NCBI RefSeq assembly: GCF_009914755.1
Contig: NC_060942.1
Direction: 5' to 3' (one strand)
Length of the DNA: 64,000 nt
Origin: the human T2T-CHM13v2.0 reference genome, Homo sapiens
The notes beneath the pieces were generated by a model that worked only from the letters and a program-made list of their open reading frames with translations, searched no databases and was not told the origin of the DNA. Positions 1 through 13,222 of the stretch are shown here, piece after piece. Positions within the stretch are counted from its first letter, which is position 1. Each line of letters starts with the position of its first letter. Made by a program: the position numbers and the translations under genes.

Positions 1-320
1 GCATTGTTTGTTGAAGAAAAAAATCTTTGGGACATTCTTCATATCTACATATGGCTTTTATGAATGGGATTGAAACTACAGAAAGCCATTTTTTAGATCC
101 CTTTTGGAAACTCTATACTGAATAAAATTATTGTGATTACTTTTTCCTTTAGTAGGTATTCACTAAATACCTTTTAATAAATAAATGAAAATAAATGTTT
201 CCATATCTACTTATAGATTTTCTTCTTTCGTCGTGTCTTCAAGATTTTACCATTCTAAACTGGGAGGGATTTTGTTACATATTTTCTTACCTTGACAGTG
301 TTTATTCTTTCCTCACAATA

Positions 321-826
321 TGGACTGGGTATCCCTAATACAAACATTCGAAATCTGAAATGCTTCAAAATTTAAAATGTTTTGAGCACTGGCGTGATGC
401 TAAAAGTGGAAAATTTCACACCACACCATATGTGACAGGTCACAGTCAGTCAAAACACAGGCATACAGCACACAGTTTATTTAGTGTACCTCCACAAGGG
501 AAAAAAGACCCTCCCAAAACACCTGTAGCTGTGATAGAGCATTTTTGAGCATGCCCAAATTCTCCTATGCCAGCAATCCTACAAAGGCATCTGAGCAGGC
601 TGGGCATGCCAACAGCAGGTCCCTCACAGTGTCCCACATGGGAACAAGACCTCCTTGCATTACTCACTGTTTGCTTATTCCATGCTCTGTAAAGATACTG
701 TTTAAAATGTAAAGAAAAGTCCTGCATCATACCCATAGGGTAATGTCGATATTCCCAAATTGGAAACTGTTTGAAATCTGAAACACTTTTGGTCCCAAGC
801 AGTTTAGATAAGGGCTACTCAACCTA
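321..826. mobile_element. Tigger4/Zombi (MER46-family) non-autonomous TcMar DNA transposon
   Basis: Degenerate TIRs (ta|tggactgggtatccct ... agggctactcaaccta|ta); characteristic gaaatctgaaatgcttcaaaa and aaacacttttggtcccaagca motifs; TA flanks. Confidence 0.8.
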
Positions 827-1070
827 TATACAACATCACTCATTTCTTTGTTTTATGCATCATCCTACAGATTCATCACTTTGTTTTGCATTTCTGTAGT
901 CTCATGCCAAATTTCAGGTCTTTATACGTTTTAATATTTCTGTAATCTACTTATTACTCTGTCATCCTATTGGTATGGCTTTTGCCTAAATCATAGTATG
1001 GTATGTCTTGTTCCGTGACCAAATGTTTGGTAACTTTCTTCTTCTTTACAAATGCTTTCCATATTTATAA

Positions 1071-1071
1071 A

Positions 1072-1122
<51 letters not shown>
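1071..1122. repeat. (TA)n microsatellite
   Basis: About 20 TA units seen directly. Confidence 0.97.
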
Positions 1123-1128
<6 letters not shown>

Positions 1129-2564
1129 GTGTCAAATATTTATGATATAGTGAAAGAAATTCTGGAACTTCAGTGGGAAATAATTTTTAAAATTGTCTAG
1201 TCTAGCCTTTTTTCTTTCTTAGTAAGATTAATAATGCCCAGAGAGATAAGCAGAGTTTGTCAAAGTTACTTTGAAATATGTTATTGCAAGTGGGCTTGAG
1301 AGTAATAACAGGAAAAGGGAAGGCATTGTAAAGAGATAGGAACAAAGGAAGCAGGATAACCTGATAACAGAGTATAAATTCTCTTCATGTGTATGTATTT
1401 GTTTAGTTGTCTGAATTCTTTGTAAATATATCAGTCTTTGAGATTACCCTCTTTGAAAGAAGGGCCTGGGTCCCATTCATGGGCCTAGTGGTATGCTAAA
1501 CATAAATAATATATAGGCCAGGGAAAATGACTTGAATGCTATGATAAGCGAGAAGAAATCACCCTATTTATTGAGCACTACTATGTGCTATATGCTTTGA
1601 CACAAATTATTTCAAAGATAAGATACAATCAACTCTTGAACATTCATGATTCTAATTTTCAGTTATCCTGTTGATTTCAATATCTCTACCAGAGGGCAGG
1701 CAAGAGGAAAACCTATGGGATTCATGTTACGCAGAAATTGCTCTAGTAGAGTAGCGTTCTGAGCAGAAGTAAATTTAGTAGCTCAAAGAAAAGGTTTAGA
1801 TTCCCTGTGGGTTTCACTTACACCTATTCCTGTTATCTTATAGGATAAGTGCATTCTATGAGCTTTGGAGAAATAAGTACCAGTAACAGAGAAATTTGGG
1901 GTTAATGTCTCTGCACACAGAGTAGAATGAAAATAGGATTGTCCCAATATATACTTCAGTGAATTGTAAATAAAGTGTTGGTGTTGTTCATGTTTGTTTG
2001 TTTTTAAATTTTTGTTTTTTCTCTCTGTGCTCTTGTCAGAAGTCATCCCTTTTTGGTATGATTAAGTTGGAATCCTTTTCAGAGTTAAACATTTTCTTGG
2101 TCCATGTTTTTAACTTTATAATTTTTTTTTTGGACTAAGAATACATGTACTGCAAACCTTCCTTTATGTTACTGTCATCTTTTTATTTAATCATACTATT
2201 TATATGCTACTAAAGAATGCTGGGTATTGGTACCAGGAAAAAGTAAAATTGCCTATGTATATTTAGTAAAATATTTAAAGTACATATTTTGTTTATTTTA
2301 TTAATAGGATTTAAATAAACTTATACAAAATGTAAATCAAAATCAATTGATTGTACCTGTTTTGGTAACAAAAAAATGAAACCCATGTTTTAAAAATCGG
2401 AATATATTTCTGTCCTGGATTATAATTTGGCACCTGCATCCTTTGTAGGACTTTGCATATTTAAGATATCTCTGATGATTGAAAACATTTTTAATGTAAA
2501 AATTGCATGGATCTTTTATTACAGAGGTGAAAAAGATTGCCTTATGAGAGATTAAGTTTTTTAA

Positions 2565-2864
<300 letters not shown>

Positions 2865-2874
2865 TGACTATTTC

Positions 2875-3167
2875 TTTTTTTTTTTGAGACGAAATCTCGC
2901 TCTTGTCGCCTAGGCTGCAGTGCAATGGTGCGATTTCAGTTCACCGCAACCTCCACCTCCCGGTTCAAGCGATTCTCCTACCTCAGCCTCCCGAGTAGCT
3001 GGGATTACAGGCACCCACCACCAGGCCCAGCTAATTTTCGTATTTTTAGTAGAGACGGGGTTTCACCTTGTTGGCCAGGCTGGTCTTGAACTCCTGACCT
3101 CAGGTGATCTGTCTGCCTTGGCCTCCCAAAGTGCTAGGATTACAGGTGTGAGCCACCGTGCCTGGCC
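2875..3167 (-). mobile_element. Alu (AluSp/Sq-like), full length
   Basis: Antisense Alu consensus; perfect 17-bp TSD AGAAGTTTGACTATTTC at 2858-2874 and 3168-3184. Confidence 0.97.
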
Positions 3168-3649
3168 AGAAGTTTGACTATTTCATGAAGACAATGTAAA
3201 CTCCAGAGAAATAATTGTTCTAATTTGTAACAGGGAGTAAATCTGCATGTGCTGCCATTTCTAGGCAATCAGAACGTCACTTAACAATATGTGCTATAGC
3301 TTCCTTTGTGCCTGATAAGGCCATCCAGCTGTTCTGCTGCTGCTGTTAGGCTGCTAAGCACATACTTGTCAACTAAAAAGGACAAGAAGAAATTTGGGCA
3401 TTGAAGTGTAGTGTTGGAACTTTATTAAATTCTGTTGCACTGCTGTAATTGAGCTGGAACCTCCTTGTATTTGGTATTCTTTCTAGTTAAAGCTTTGACA
3501 GTCCTAGGAATTCTGCTCTGAAATCATAAAAATTAAAAAAAAATTGTTTTTACTGTATAGATGTTGTAATTGGTAAGTGTTTACACGGCAGCATAATGCT
3601 GCCAAATCCTTCTTATGGAGCAGAAAACTATTGGGTTTAGACCTAGAGG

Positions 3650-3684
3650 GGTGTGTGTGTGTGTGTGTGTTTGTGTGTGTGTGT
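3650..3684. repeat. (GT)n microsatellite
   Basis: Direct reading, one interruption. Confidence 0.95.
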
Positions 3685-4469
3685 CTATAGCATTATTTGT
3701 AAGAAGATAAAGTAAAAACATATTTTAGGGGTGTGTTAAAATAAGCTATTTCTGAATTTTCTTTTGAATAGGTAGAATTACTTATCTTTGGGTATTGTAT
3801 GCAGCAATATGGATGTAGAAGAGAAGTCCCTAAAGTTAGAGTGATGGATCTGCCAGCTAAACTAGTGTGTGAATGCGTGAAACCACCATTGTTTTTATTG
3901 GCGGTATCATCATTAACTTGATTGTTAATAATTGTTTCAAAGATTCTGCAAATGTCGAAAATGGTCTTGTATTGACAGTAACTATGCCTTTGTGAATACC
4001 AGAGAAATGGAAGCATAAAGATAAATTACAATAATTAGCTTGAAAAATACAAGACTGTAGCTATAAAAACAGAGTCCTGAACTTTTATTTTCCAAGCAGT
4101 GGGAGTTCATGATAGGAAATTAATACAATCAGAATTCTCAGAATTGATTTGCTGAGTATAACATGAATAAGGCTTGTTGGCCTCACAAGTCTAGATGAGT
4201 GCTTTTTCAATTATTAATTTTTTCTACATCTCTAGCATTTGGATAATCATCTCCAACTTTCTCTTTTTTTTTTTTTTTTTGGCCCACTTTGACTTCATTG
4301 CCCTTGGTTGTTGACCCTCAAGATAGTCTTCTGTGTTTTTCTTCCTGCTACTTTTTTCTCTAGATTTAAAGGAATGCTGTTTAGTCAGAATTCATAACAA
4401 AGTGCTCAGCCAGTTTTATTTACTCTTCTACTTGAGGAGTAGTACTCCAGGTCCTAGCATTTTTTAGAA

Positions 4470-4850
4470 ATGGTAGGTTAGGAATGCTTTCATTTGCAAC
4501 AAAAATTCAATTTACAGGCTCCTTTATTTCTCACATAACAAGTACTCTGGAGATTATGGAGATTCAGTGGTTTAACATTTTCAGTGCTGGCAGCTTTACA
4601 ATTCTCTCAGGTTTTTTTAATGGTTGCTCCAATTCTAGGCATTACATTTCCATTAAGGCAGGCAGAAAAGGGGAAGAGGTCCTGGTAATTATGACTCCCT
4701 CTCCCTCTTTTTAAAAACATAAAAACTTTATGAGAGCACTCCCTACTCCCCACCCAGTGGTCTTTTATATGATATTTATAAAAGTCCTGAATTTTATGAT
4801 GTGGCCATGGTAGGCTGCAAAGGAGGCTAAGAAAGTGAGCATTTAGCTTG
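4470..4850. mobile_element. Old ERVL/MaLR LTR fragment (MLT1J/K- or LTR33-like)
   Basis: tttatttctcacataacaag and ggctgcaaaggaggctaagaaagtgag motifs; highly diverged. Confidence 0.5.
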
Positions 4851-5329
4851 TCCAAGTTATGTAGTAGAAGGCAGCACTGGAGAAGAAGACTGGAAATGAA
4901 TTCAGCCCCCAACTCTGGTAGCAGAGGTAAGGGAAATACAATTCACTCTTTGTATGGAGAGGAGGTGGTGATGCTTTAACCTTCCTGGGACAAAAAAATC
5001 TATAGCATACAGTGGAATTGGGATGAGTTGGGGAAAGGTGAGAGAGATTGGTAGTAGACAGTTTAGAAAACCTGGGCACAATTAGAGTGGGCCCTTGTTT
5101 GGTAAAATACTTAAGAAAATTTTGTGGTTATCTGGAAAAGTAGAATCTAACTCAAGTAGACTGTTATATTTAGCACTCTCTGGGTCAAGATTAATTCTAT
5201 TCAGTGCTAAACCAGTCTATACTTAGCATGGCTGTGAATGGTTTCTTTTGTCAGGCTAAATATTATGATACCTAGGTGATTGCAGTGACACTATTTTTCA
5301 TGTTTTCCTCATGATTTAACTCGGGGGGA

Positions 5330-5515
5330 GAACACTACTACTGTGGGCCACATCCAGTAGTGTGCCAGCTAATTCCAGCCATACTCATTCCTTTATGTAT
5401 TGTCCATGGCTGCTTTTGTGCACCAACTGCAGAGTAATTGCAGCAAATACCCTATGCCTTTCCTAACCTAAAATATTTATTATTTGACTCTTCAGTAAAG
5501 GTTTGCTGGTTCATG
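5330..5515. mobile_element. MER58A-like hAT-Charlie element
   Basis: cagccatactcattc..tattgtccatggctgcttt..cctaaaatatttatta..aaaggtttgctg. Confidence 0.75.
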
Positions 5516-6684
5516 ATTTATCTTATAAGCTAAGAAAGGAAAGGAAAAGATATGTGAGTAAAGTCAAAGACTTTTAGTCATGTGGCATAGTCAGACTTAT
5601 ATTACATATAGTAAAAAGGAATTTGGCCTAAGCATTTCTTTATTATTGTGAATAAGGATTGGAGCAAATGTTATATCATTGTCAAAAATTAAAATATTTT
5701 AGTTGGTAAAACTGGTTTAAGTTTTTTTTAATCACCAAAATATAGGTAGTATTTATAAAACTTTATTATCATGGAAGAAAGGACATGATTTTTTTAAATG
5801 ACATTTATGGTTTTTATTCCAAGTAGATTGCTCAGGTGCAAATCTCCTTTACCAGAATAAACCTGTCAAAGGTTAATATAGATGATTTTACAGTACATAA
5901 AGCTCTATAAAACTTAGAAACATAAAACAAGGTTATAATTTAAAATAATATAATTTTAACTACAGATACATTTACCTATCATACATGAATGATTCAGACT
6001 CTTACATATACATGAAATCAGATAATTTCAGATCATTTTAAAATCTGTTTCTGTGTGAGAAACTATATCCATTAATTCTGATTTTTGGCATTTTAAAGAT
6101 GTATTATACCAACATTTATGGGGTTTTTGTTTTAAAAGTTTGAGTAACTTGATTTATTGATCAGCTGTACAAACACAGACTAGTGCCTTAGTAAAAAGGA
6201 AAAGATATTTTATGTGTTTGCATCAGGATCAGCCTGTTGAAGGGTTTCTTCTTGTAGAAAATTGTGAATTTATTATTAAAACATAAAAAGTCTTAGTAAC
6301 ATTCAGTCTTTAAGCAAAGAAAGTTTATTTCTGGAGAACTTAACCATGTAAATGAATGTGCCATTTACAAAGCCAAGCAGTCTGATGAACTTAGTAGGTT
6401 TTTGCTTGGCTGGATGAGTATGAAAAGAAAGATAAATCTGAAACTTAAAGAGAAATATGTACAATAACAATAATTCTGAAACATGTTGGCATGTAATAGT
6501 GTAAGACACAGAGGATGTAGCCATTATAAAATTTGATTAATATTTAAGCTAATTGTATTTCTAGAACATATGACTCAGATCAATGGTGAGCGGTGGTAAA
6601 AAGCTTATATTAGAAAAGTACTAAAGTCTAATGTTTGCTGACTTCACTGTTTTAACTGGCATAGCAAAGGGAAGTGACAGCAAA

Positions 6685-6890
6685 GCACAGTGGGATTTAG
6701 AGTCATAATCCCATTTTAGCACTGACTAGCTATCTGATCCATTGGGAAAGTTACTGAACTTCTCTGAGTCTTTTGTTTATAATATGTAGATAACTAAAAT
6801 GCCTTCTTTGCAGGCCTATTGGAATTTGATAGATTCTTTACATTATATGTGTAAAGGACCTAGTCTAAGTAGCCACTGAATAAAAAATTG
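6685..6890 (+). mobile_element. MIR SINE
   Basis: actagctat..gggaaagttactgaacttctctgagtc core and tatgtgtaaagg 3' part. Confidence 0.6.
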
Positions 6891-7526
6891 CAATTCTCAT
6901 TTTTACTATTATTAATATGGATGAGGGATGAGATGACTAACCCAGGTTTCTCATTTCTGTGCCTTTCTTCACTGGGATTTTGTTGATTTTCATTAGATTA
7001 TGCAAGGGTTAGGCTGCTTAGTAGCCCAGTAGAAGAATGAAATTGGTCTTTCCTCTGCTTTATCTTCTGATCTCTCTGGAAGGAAAAACCTCTCTGTACC
7101 ACTTGCACCTGTTGAGTGCTCATTGGGAGGAAACCAAGTTTTAGTTTCCTCTCCCAGAAATCAAACTGACAGAGTTGTGGTTTTTTTGTTTGTTTGTTTG
7201 TTTTCCACATTCTGGTCTGTTTCTATTATCTCTCTGACTAGGGCTTAGTAAATTGAAGGGGTTTAGAAAGGTGCTTGTAGCTCACATCCTTGAGCCCATT
7301 ACATGGGTGGTCATTTTAGAAACTTTGCTCTTCAAAGAAAGAATTTTAAAGGAACTAGCTTTTTTTTCTTTCTTCTTCTTTTTTTTTTTTAAAAAAAAAG
7401 CAAAATCACCTTTATTTGCATGTGGTATGAAACTTAACTTGGCATATCCAAATCAATGATATTATCTATGTAAAAGTAATAACCAGTCAGAAGATAAAAT
7501 GGCAGAAAAAGAAGTTTAAAATGTCA

Positions 7527-8390
<864 letters not shown>

Positions 8391-8454
8391 TTATGTACAT
8401 ATATTTAAATACCACTCTATATTCAAGAAATACATATAATTTTAAAAATTGTTT

Positions 8455-8998
8455 TAATTATTTTATTTCACTAGTTTTTGAGGTACAAGTGGCTTTTGGT
8501 TACATGGACAAGTTATTTTAATAACTGATTTCTGAGATTTTGGTACACCTGTCACTGGAGCAGTGTACATTGTACCCAGTATGTAGTCTTTTATCCCTCA
8601 CCCACTTTCACTCTTCCCCCCTCTGCTGAGTCCCCAAAGTCCGTTATATCATTCTTATGCCTTTGCAGCCTCATAACTTAGCTCTCACTTATGAATGAGA
8701 ACATAACGATGTTTGGTTTTCCATTCCAGAGTTACTTCATTAAGAATAATGGCCTCCAGCTCCATCCAAGTGGCAGCAAAGGTCATTATTCCATTCTGTT
8801 TTCTGGCTTAGTAGTATTCCATTGTGTGTATACCATATTTTCTTTATCCACTCATTGGTTGGTGGCCACTTAGCTTGGGCCCATATTTTTGCTATTGCGA
8901 ACTGTGCTGCTATAAACATCCATGTGCATGTGTCCTTTTCATATAATGGCTTGTTTTCCTTTGGGTGGATACCCAGTAGTGGGATTGCTGGATCAAAT
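8455..8998 (-). mobile_element. L1PB-like 3' end
   Basis: tttttgaggtacaagtggcttttggttacatgg ... cccagtagtgggattgctggatcaaat. Confidence 0.9.
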
Positions 8999-10090
8999 AT
9001 TCATTTACATTAGTAATATTACATTAGTAAATATTAGTTTACATTAAAGGAACTAGCCTTAATCTTTCTGAGGACTGTATTAAGAATGAGCCAAAGATCC
9101 CATAATGTCTGTGCTGAAAATAGGTAAGAGAAAATTCACAAGATTTTTATATGATTTTGTGAAAGAAATCATTCGTTGCAAATAACAGTAATACGCTGGA
9201 GCTATCCAAAGCTTTGTATTTAACTATATATCTCATCCCTGCATAGGAGCCAGACTACCATGATTTGTCAACATCATCTGTTAGACTTTTAACAAGGATA
9301 GGAACCATACTGCAGGAAGCTGTATCATAGATCTCGGTGGAGTGGTATGTCAGGAGAGGTAGAAAAAATTTTCACAAAAAAAGAATGTAAGTTTCAAGAG
9401 AAAAGGTCTCTCCTTTTTAATGTATCTTTCTGGCCCTTTAGAAGAGAAGGCAGATGTTCTAGTCTTTGAAATAGTTTTGGGAAAGTAAAAAACCTAAAGT
9501 TCTTAAAATGAAGAAGACTGTAAATAGAAGAGAAGGGATATGGAAGAAGAAAGGGTATTTTGGTGTTTGGCAGTGTGGTGTACTAATATAAACACCTTAT
9601 CAACTTTGATGAATCTTGGCCTTTTTGTTTTGAATAAGTATTGGGTTTTTGTTTTTTTTGTTTACAAATTGAATTATTTAGTGAAAGAATATATTATGTA
9701 CTTGGATAGGGCCACTTCGTTCCATTTAACAAGCCCTAGAAAATGCTGTTTTACTGATCTGATAATCATCACGAATACTACAGAAGTTGTATTTCTTGAG
9801 GCCATTTTATTTACTCTATGTTGCTGTACAAATTTAGCAGATTTTGGAGCATTGTTATTATAAATTGTCCTGGAATGACATTTTATATCAGACTAACAGT
9901 TTGAATGATTCTTTCCATTTGTATTACAGAGAGATAGGCATGCTTAAAGAAAGAACTGATTGTTACTTATTTTATTGTTGTCTAAACTATTCTTAAAGAT
10001 TATTTTTGTTCTCTTAAAAATATTTAGTTATTAATGCTAACCACAGGGAGAAATTGTGACAAAAGTTTTTAGAAAGTAAAGAAATTATAT

Positions 10091-10216
10091 GCTCACTATT
10101 GGGTGACTATTACTTACCTAGGTGACCGTACCCCAAACTTCAGCATCATGAATATACCCATGTAACAAACCTGCACATGTACCCCTGAATCTAAAAAAAA
10201 GTCAAAATTATTTTTT
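10091..10216 (+). mobile_element. Very short 5'-truncated L1 (old L1PA/L1PB 3' tip)
   Basis: catgtaacaaacctgcacatgtacccctgaatctaaaa; apparent TSD GAAATTATAT at 10081-10090 and 10217-10226. Confidence 0.85.
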
Positions 10217-10427
10217 GAAATTATATAAATGTAACCATATACTAAAATTCATCCCAATAAGAGTCTCTAGGGGTTAAGTTACTCTTTAATAATGAGTTAT
10301 ATTTACACTTTACTTTTTTGGAATTCATCCAGGAATTAAGAATAAAATGAGGCACTCCTCACCCACTCCAGTCCCGTATGTATGAACTTACTTTCTCTCT
10401 CTTTTTCTCTCTCTCTTTCTCTCTTAT

Positions 10428-10584
10428 TTATTTATTTATTTGAGATAGAATCTTGCTGTGTCGCCTAGGCTGGAGTGGCATAATCAGGACTCACTGCGGC
10501 CTGGATCTCCTGGGCTTAAGTAGTCCTCCCATCTCAGCCACCGTAGTCACTGGAACCACAGGTGTGCTCCACCCCACCTGGCTA

Positions 10585-10666
<82 letters not shown>

Positions 10667-10781
10667 AGACAAGGGTCTCATTATGTTGCCTAGGCTGGGT
10701 TCAAACCTCTGGGCTCAAGTGATCCTCCCGTCTTGGCCTCCCAAAGTGCTAAGATTACAGACATGAGCCACCACACCCAAC
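10428..10781 (-). mobile_element. AluJ with (TG)n array in the middle linker
   Basis: Both Alu arms recognisable; TG array about 10587-10665. Confidence 0.92.
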
Positions 10782-11139
10782 AGAACTTTTCTTATATGAG
10801 AGTTTCTAAAGCTGTCATATGGATAATAATAAACTTACTATTTGGTGTCTAGTTTTAAAGCTCATTGCAGATTAAAAGCAGAAAATTAGAAGTAGAGAAT
10901 AGAGCTGCTATGAGACTATAGAAGTTGACAGAGGAGTTGATAGAAAAACTATTAAAAAACACAGAAGAACTAAAAATACACAGCAGCCTAGAACTCTGCC
11001 CACTTAGATATATCTCAAGGACGTCATATATTAAATACAACATGGTATTCGGAGGCAAGACAGTGTTAAATTGTTTTTATCCTATTAGAAGTATTAGTGC
11101 TTTTATTACTAAGACATCTTGCATTTTTATATTGCTTTT

Positions 11140-11315
11140 CTATTTACAGAGCACTTTCACTTACGCATTTTTAATCTTCATAATAGCCTGGTTAACTTAG
11201 GTGAGGCAGATACTCTTCTATCATTTTACAGGTCTGGAAAGGTAATGAAACAGCCCATTGCAGAGCTAAGACTGAAATTTCTTGACACCAAGTGTTCTGC
11301 TTTTTTCACTATACC
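11140..11315 (-). mobile_element. MIR SINE
   Basis: tttacagagcactttcac..ttaatcttcataatagcc..cattttacag..gcagagctaagactgaa. Confidence 0.65.
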
Positions 11316-11689
11316 AAATTTTCTCTGTAGCAGTGAACGATACAAATATCAATAAGCCTTACTTTTTAAAGCACAATTTTATAAGAATGTGTAATATATT
11401 TTATGGTGCTTTTTATCCAAAGATGGTTAAAAAATTTTTTGGTATTCAAAAGCATATACCTTAAGTTACCAGAAAATCCAGATATGTAGAATGTTTAAGC
11501 AATTTTCTTATATTTTGACATCTCCATTCAGTCACCAGGTCTTACTCATTTTCCCTTGAAACCTTATTCCTTGCTATTTTCACTGCTACCTGACTTCATT
11601 CCTTGTGTGCCTGCCTCCATTGTTTCCAACTGTCGTTTGAAAGAGTTCATTCCATTACTGTTGCCAGATTAATTTTTCTTAAGGACTAC

Positions 11690-11985
11690 TTTTCTTTTTT
11701 TTTTGAGACAGGGTCTTACCAGGTCATCTAGTTGGAGCACAGTGGTGCAGTCATGGCTCACTGCAGCCTTTAACTCCCAGGCCCAAGCAGTCCTCCCACC
11801 TCAGCCCTCTCAAGTAGCTAGGACCAGAGGCATGCATCACCACACCTGGCTAATTTTTGTATTTTTGTAGAGACGGGGTCTCCCTATGTTGCTCAGGCTG
11901 GTCCCGAACTTCTGGGCTCAAGCGATCCTCTCACCTAGGCGTCCTAAAGTACTGGGATTACAAACGTGAGCCACTGTGTCTGGCT
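11690..11985 (-). mobile_element. AluJ (inserted in a probable L2 fragment, about 11520-12150)
   Basis: Antisense Alu with J-type gggctcaagcgatcctc. Confidence 0.93.
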
Positions 11986-12841
11986 TTAAGTTCTGTTTTT
12001 ATTACATCACTTGGCTTTTTCATACCATTCCACAGCTTCTTATGGCCTAAAGGACCAAATGCATATTCTTGATTTTGACATTCAAGCCCTCCATTACTAG
12101 TGTCAAGTAACATGTGTGACCTTCATTTTTATGGCCCCCACATACCAGCTAAGAAAGACTTATTGGGTTTTCCTACTTATTACATCTAATTTCTGTTTCT
12201 TTGTCATTGCTTGTTTTACTAATTTCCTTCTTCAAAAATTTTTAAAGTCATCTTCCCCAGTACATTTTTAAAAATAGTATTTGGCTCCTAGCATTCATAC
12301 CTGTACCAGCTGCCCTAACTTGCGTATCTTCTTATGGTTCTTTGGGCACTGTTGTGTACTTGAAACAGTCCTGGATTTTTAGTAAGAAAACTTATAAGAG
12401 ATCTTGGATCAGCTACTTTATACTTTTGTGACTTTGGTAAGTCATTGAATGCAGGAGCATTTCAATGACATTTTAGAAGAATAAGCTGCTTTGCAAAGGC
12501 TTTAGGCTAGAGTAGGGGTGAGAAAGTGAAGGCCACGAGGAAAAGGAGATACTGTTGTGCCAAAGGGCGTCTATGTGAAGGGATGTTTTGGGATTTGTTT
12601 TAAGGCTGGAAGAGATTTTAAAGATCTGCTTCATATCTTCTAGCACCTTTTCTGATTTTCAGCTTTTCTTCTGTAAGAATGAGACAAATATTTTTTAAAA
12701 ATTCTAATAAGTTTATCTAACTGCTAAACATGTATTTTTTGGAGTAGTGTGAGAAGAGATGGTGCTTTTCAGCCCCTTTGCCTGCTATTCTGGGCTTAGC
12801 AAGGTTCGTTTGCTTATGTATTTATTTGTTACTTAAGAATT

Positions 12842-13222
12842 TGCGATGGACTGAATTGTGTCCCTTCAAAATTCATATGTTGAAGCTCTAACCCCCAGTG
12901 AGAATGTAGCTGAAGATAGGGTTTTTAGGAGGCAGTTAAGGTTAAATGAGGTCATACTGGTAGAGCCCTAATCCAATGACTGTTGTCCTAGAAGAAGAGC
13001 AGAGAGATCTCTCTGTCACACACCACACCCCCACGTTGTCCTGTGTGAGGCCACAGCAAGAAGGTAGAAGCCTGAAAGCCAAGAGAGCCCTCACCAGAAA
13101 CCAAACCCGATCAGACCTTATTTTGGACTTCCAGCCTCCAGAACTGTGAGAAAATAAATATCTGTTGTTTAAGCCTCCCAGTCTGTGGTATTTTGTTATG
13201 GCAGTCTGAGCAGACTAAGGCA
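12842..13222 (+). mobile_element. MLT1A/MLT1B MaLR solo LTR
   Basis: TG..atggactgaattgtgtccc..aaattcatatgttgaa ... gacttccagcctccagaactgtgagaaaataaa ... gactaaggCA. Confidence 0.9.

Noticed and set aside
12441-12469. Imperfect hairpin gtcattgaatgc-agga-gcatttcaatgac
   Set aside because: Short, bulged and without ncRNA hallmarks
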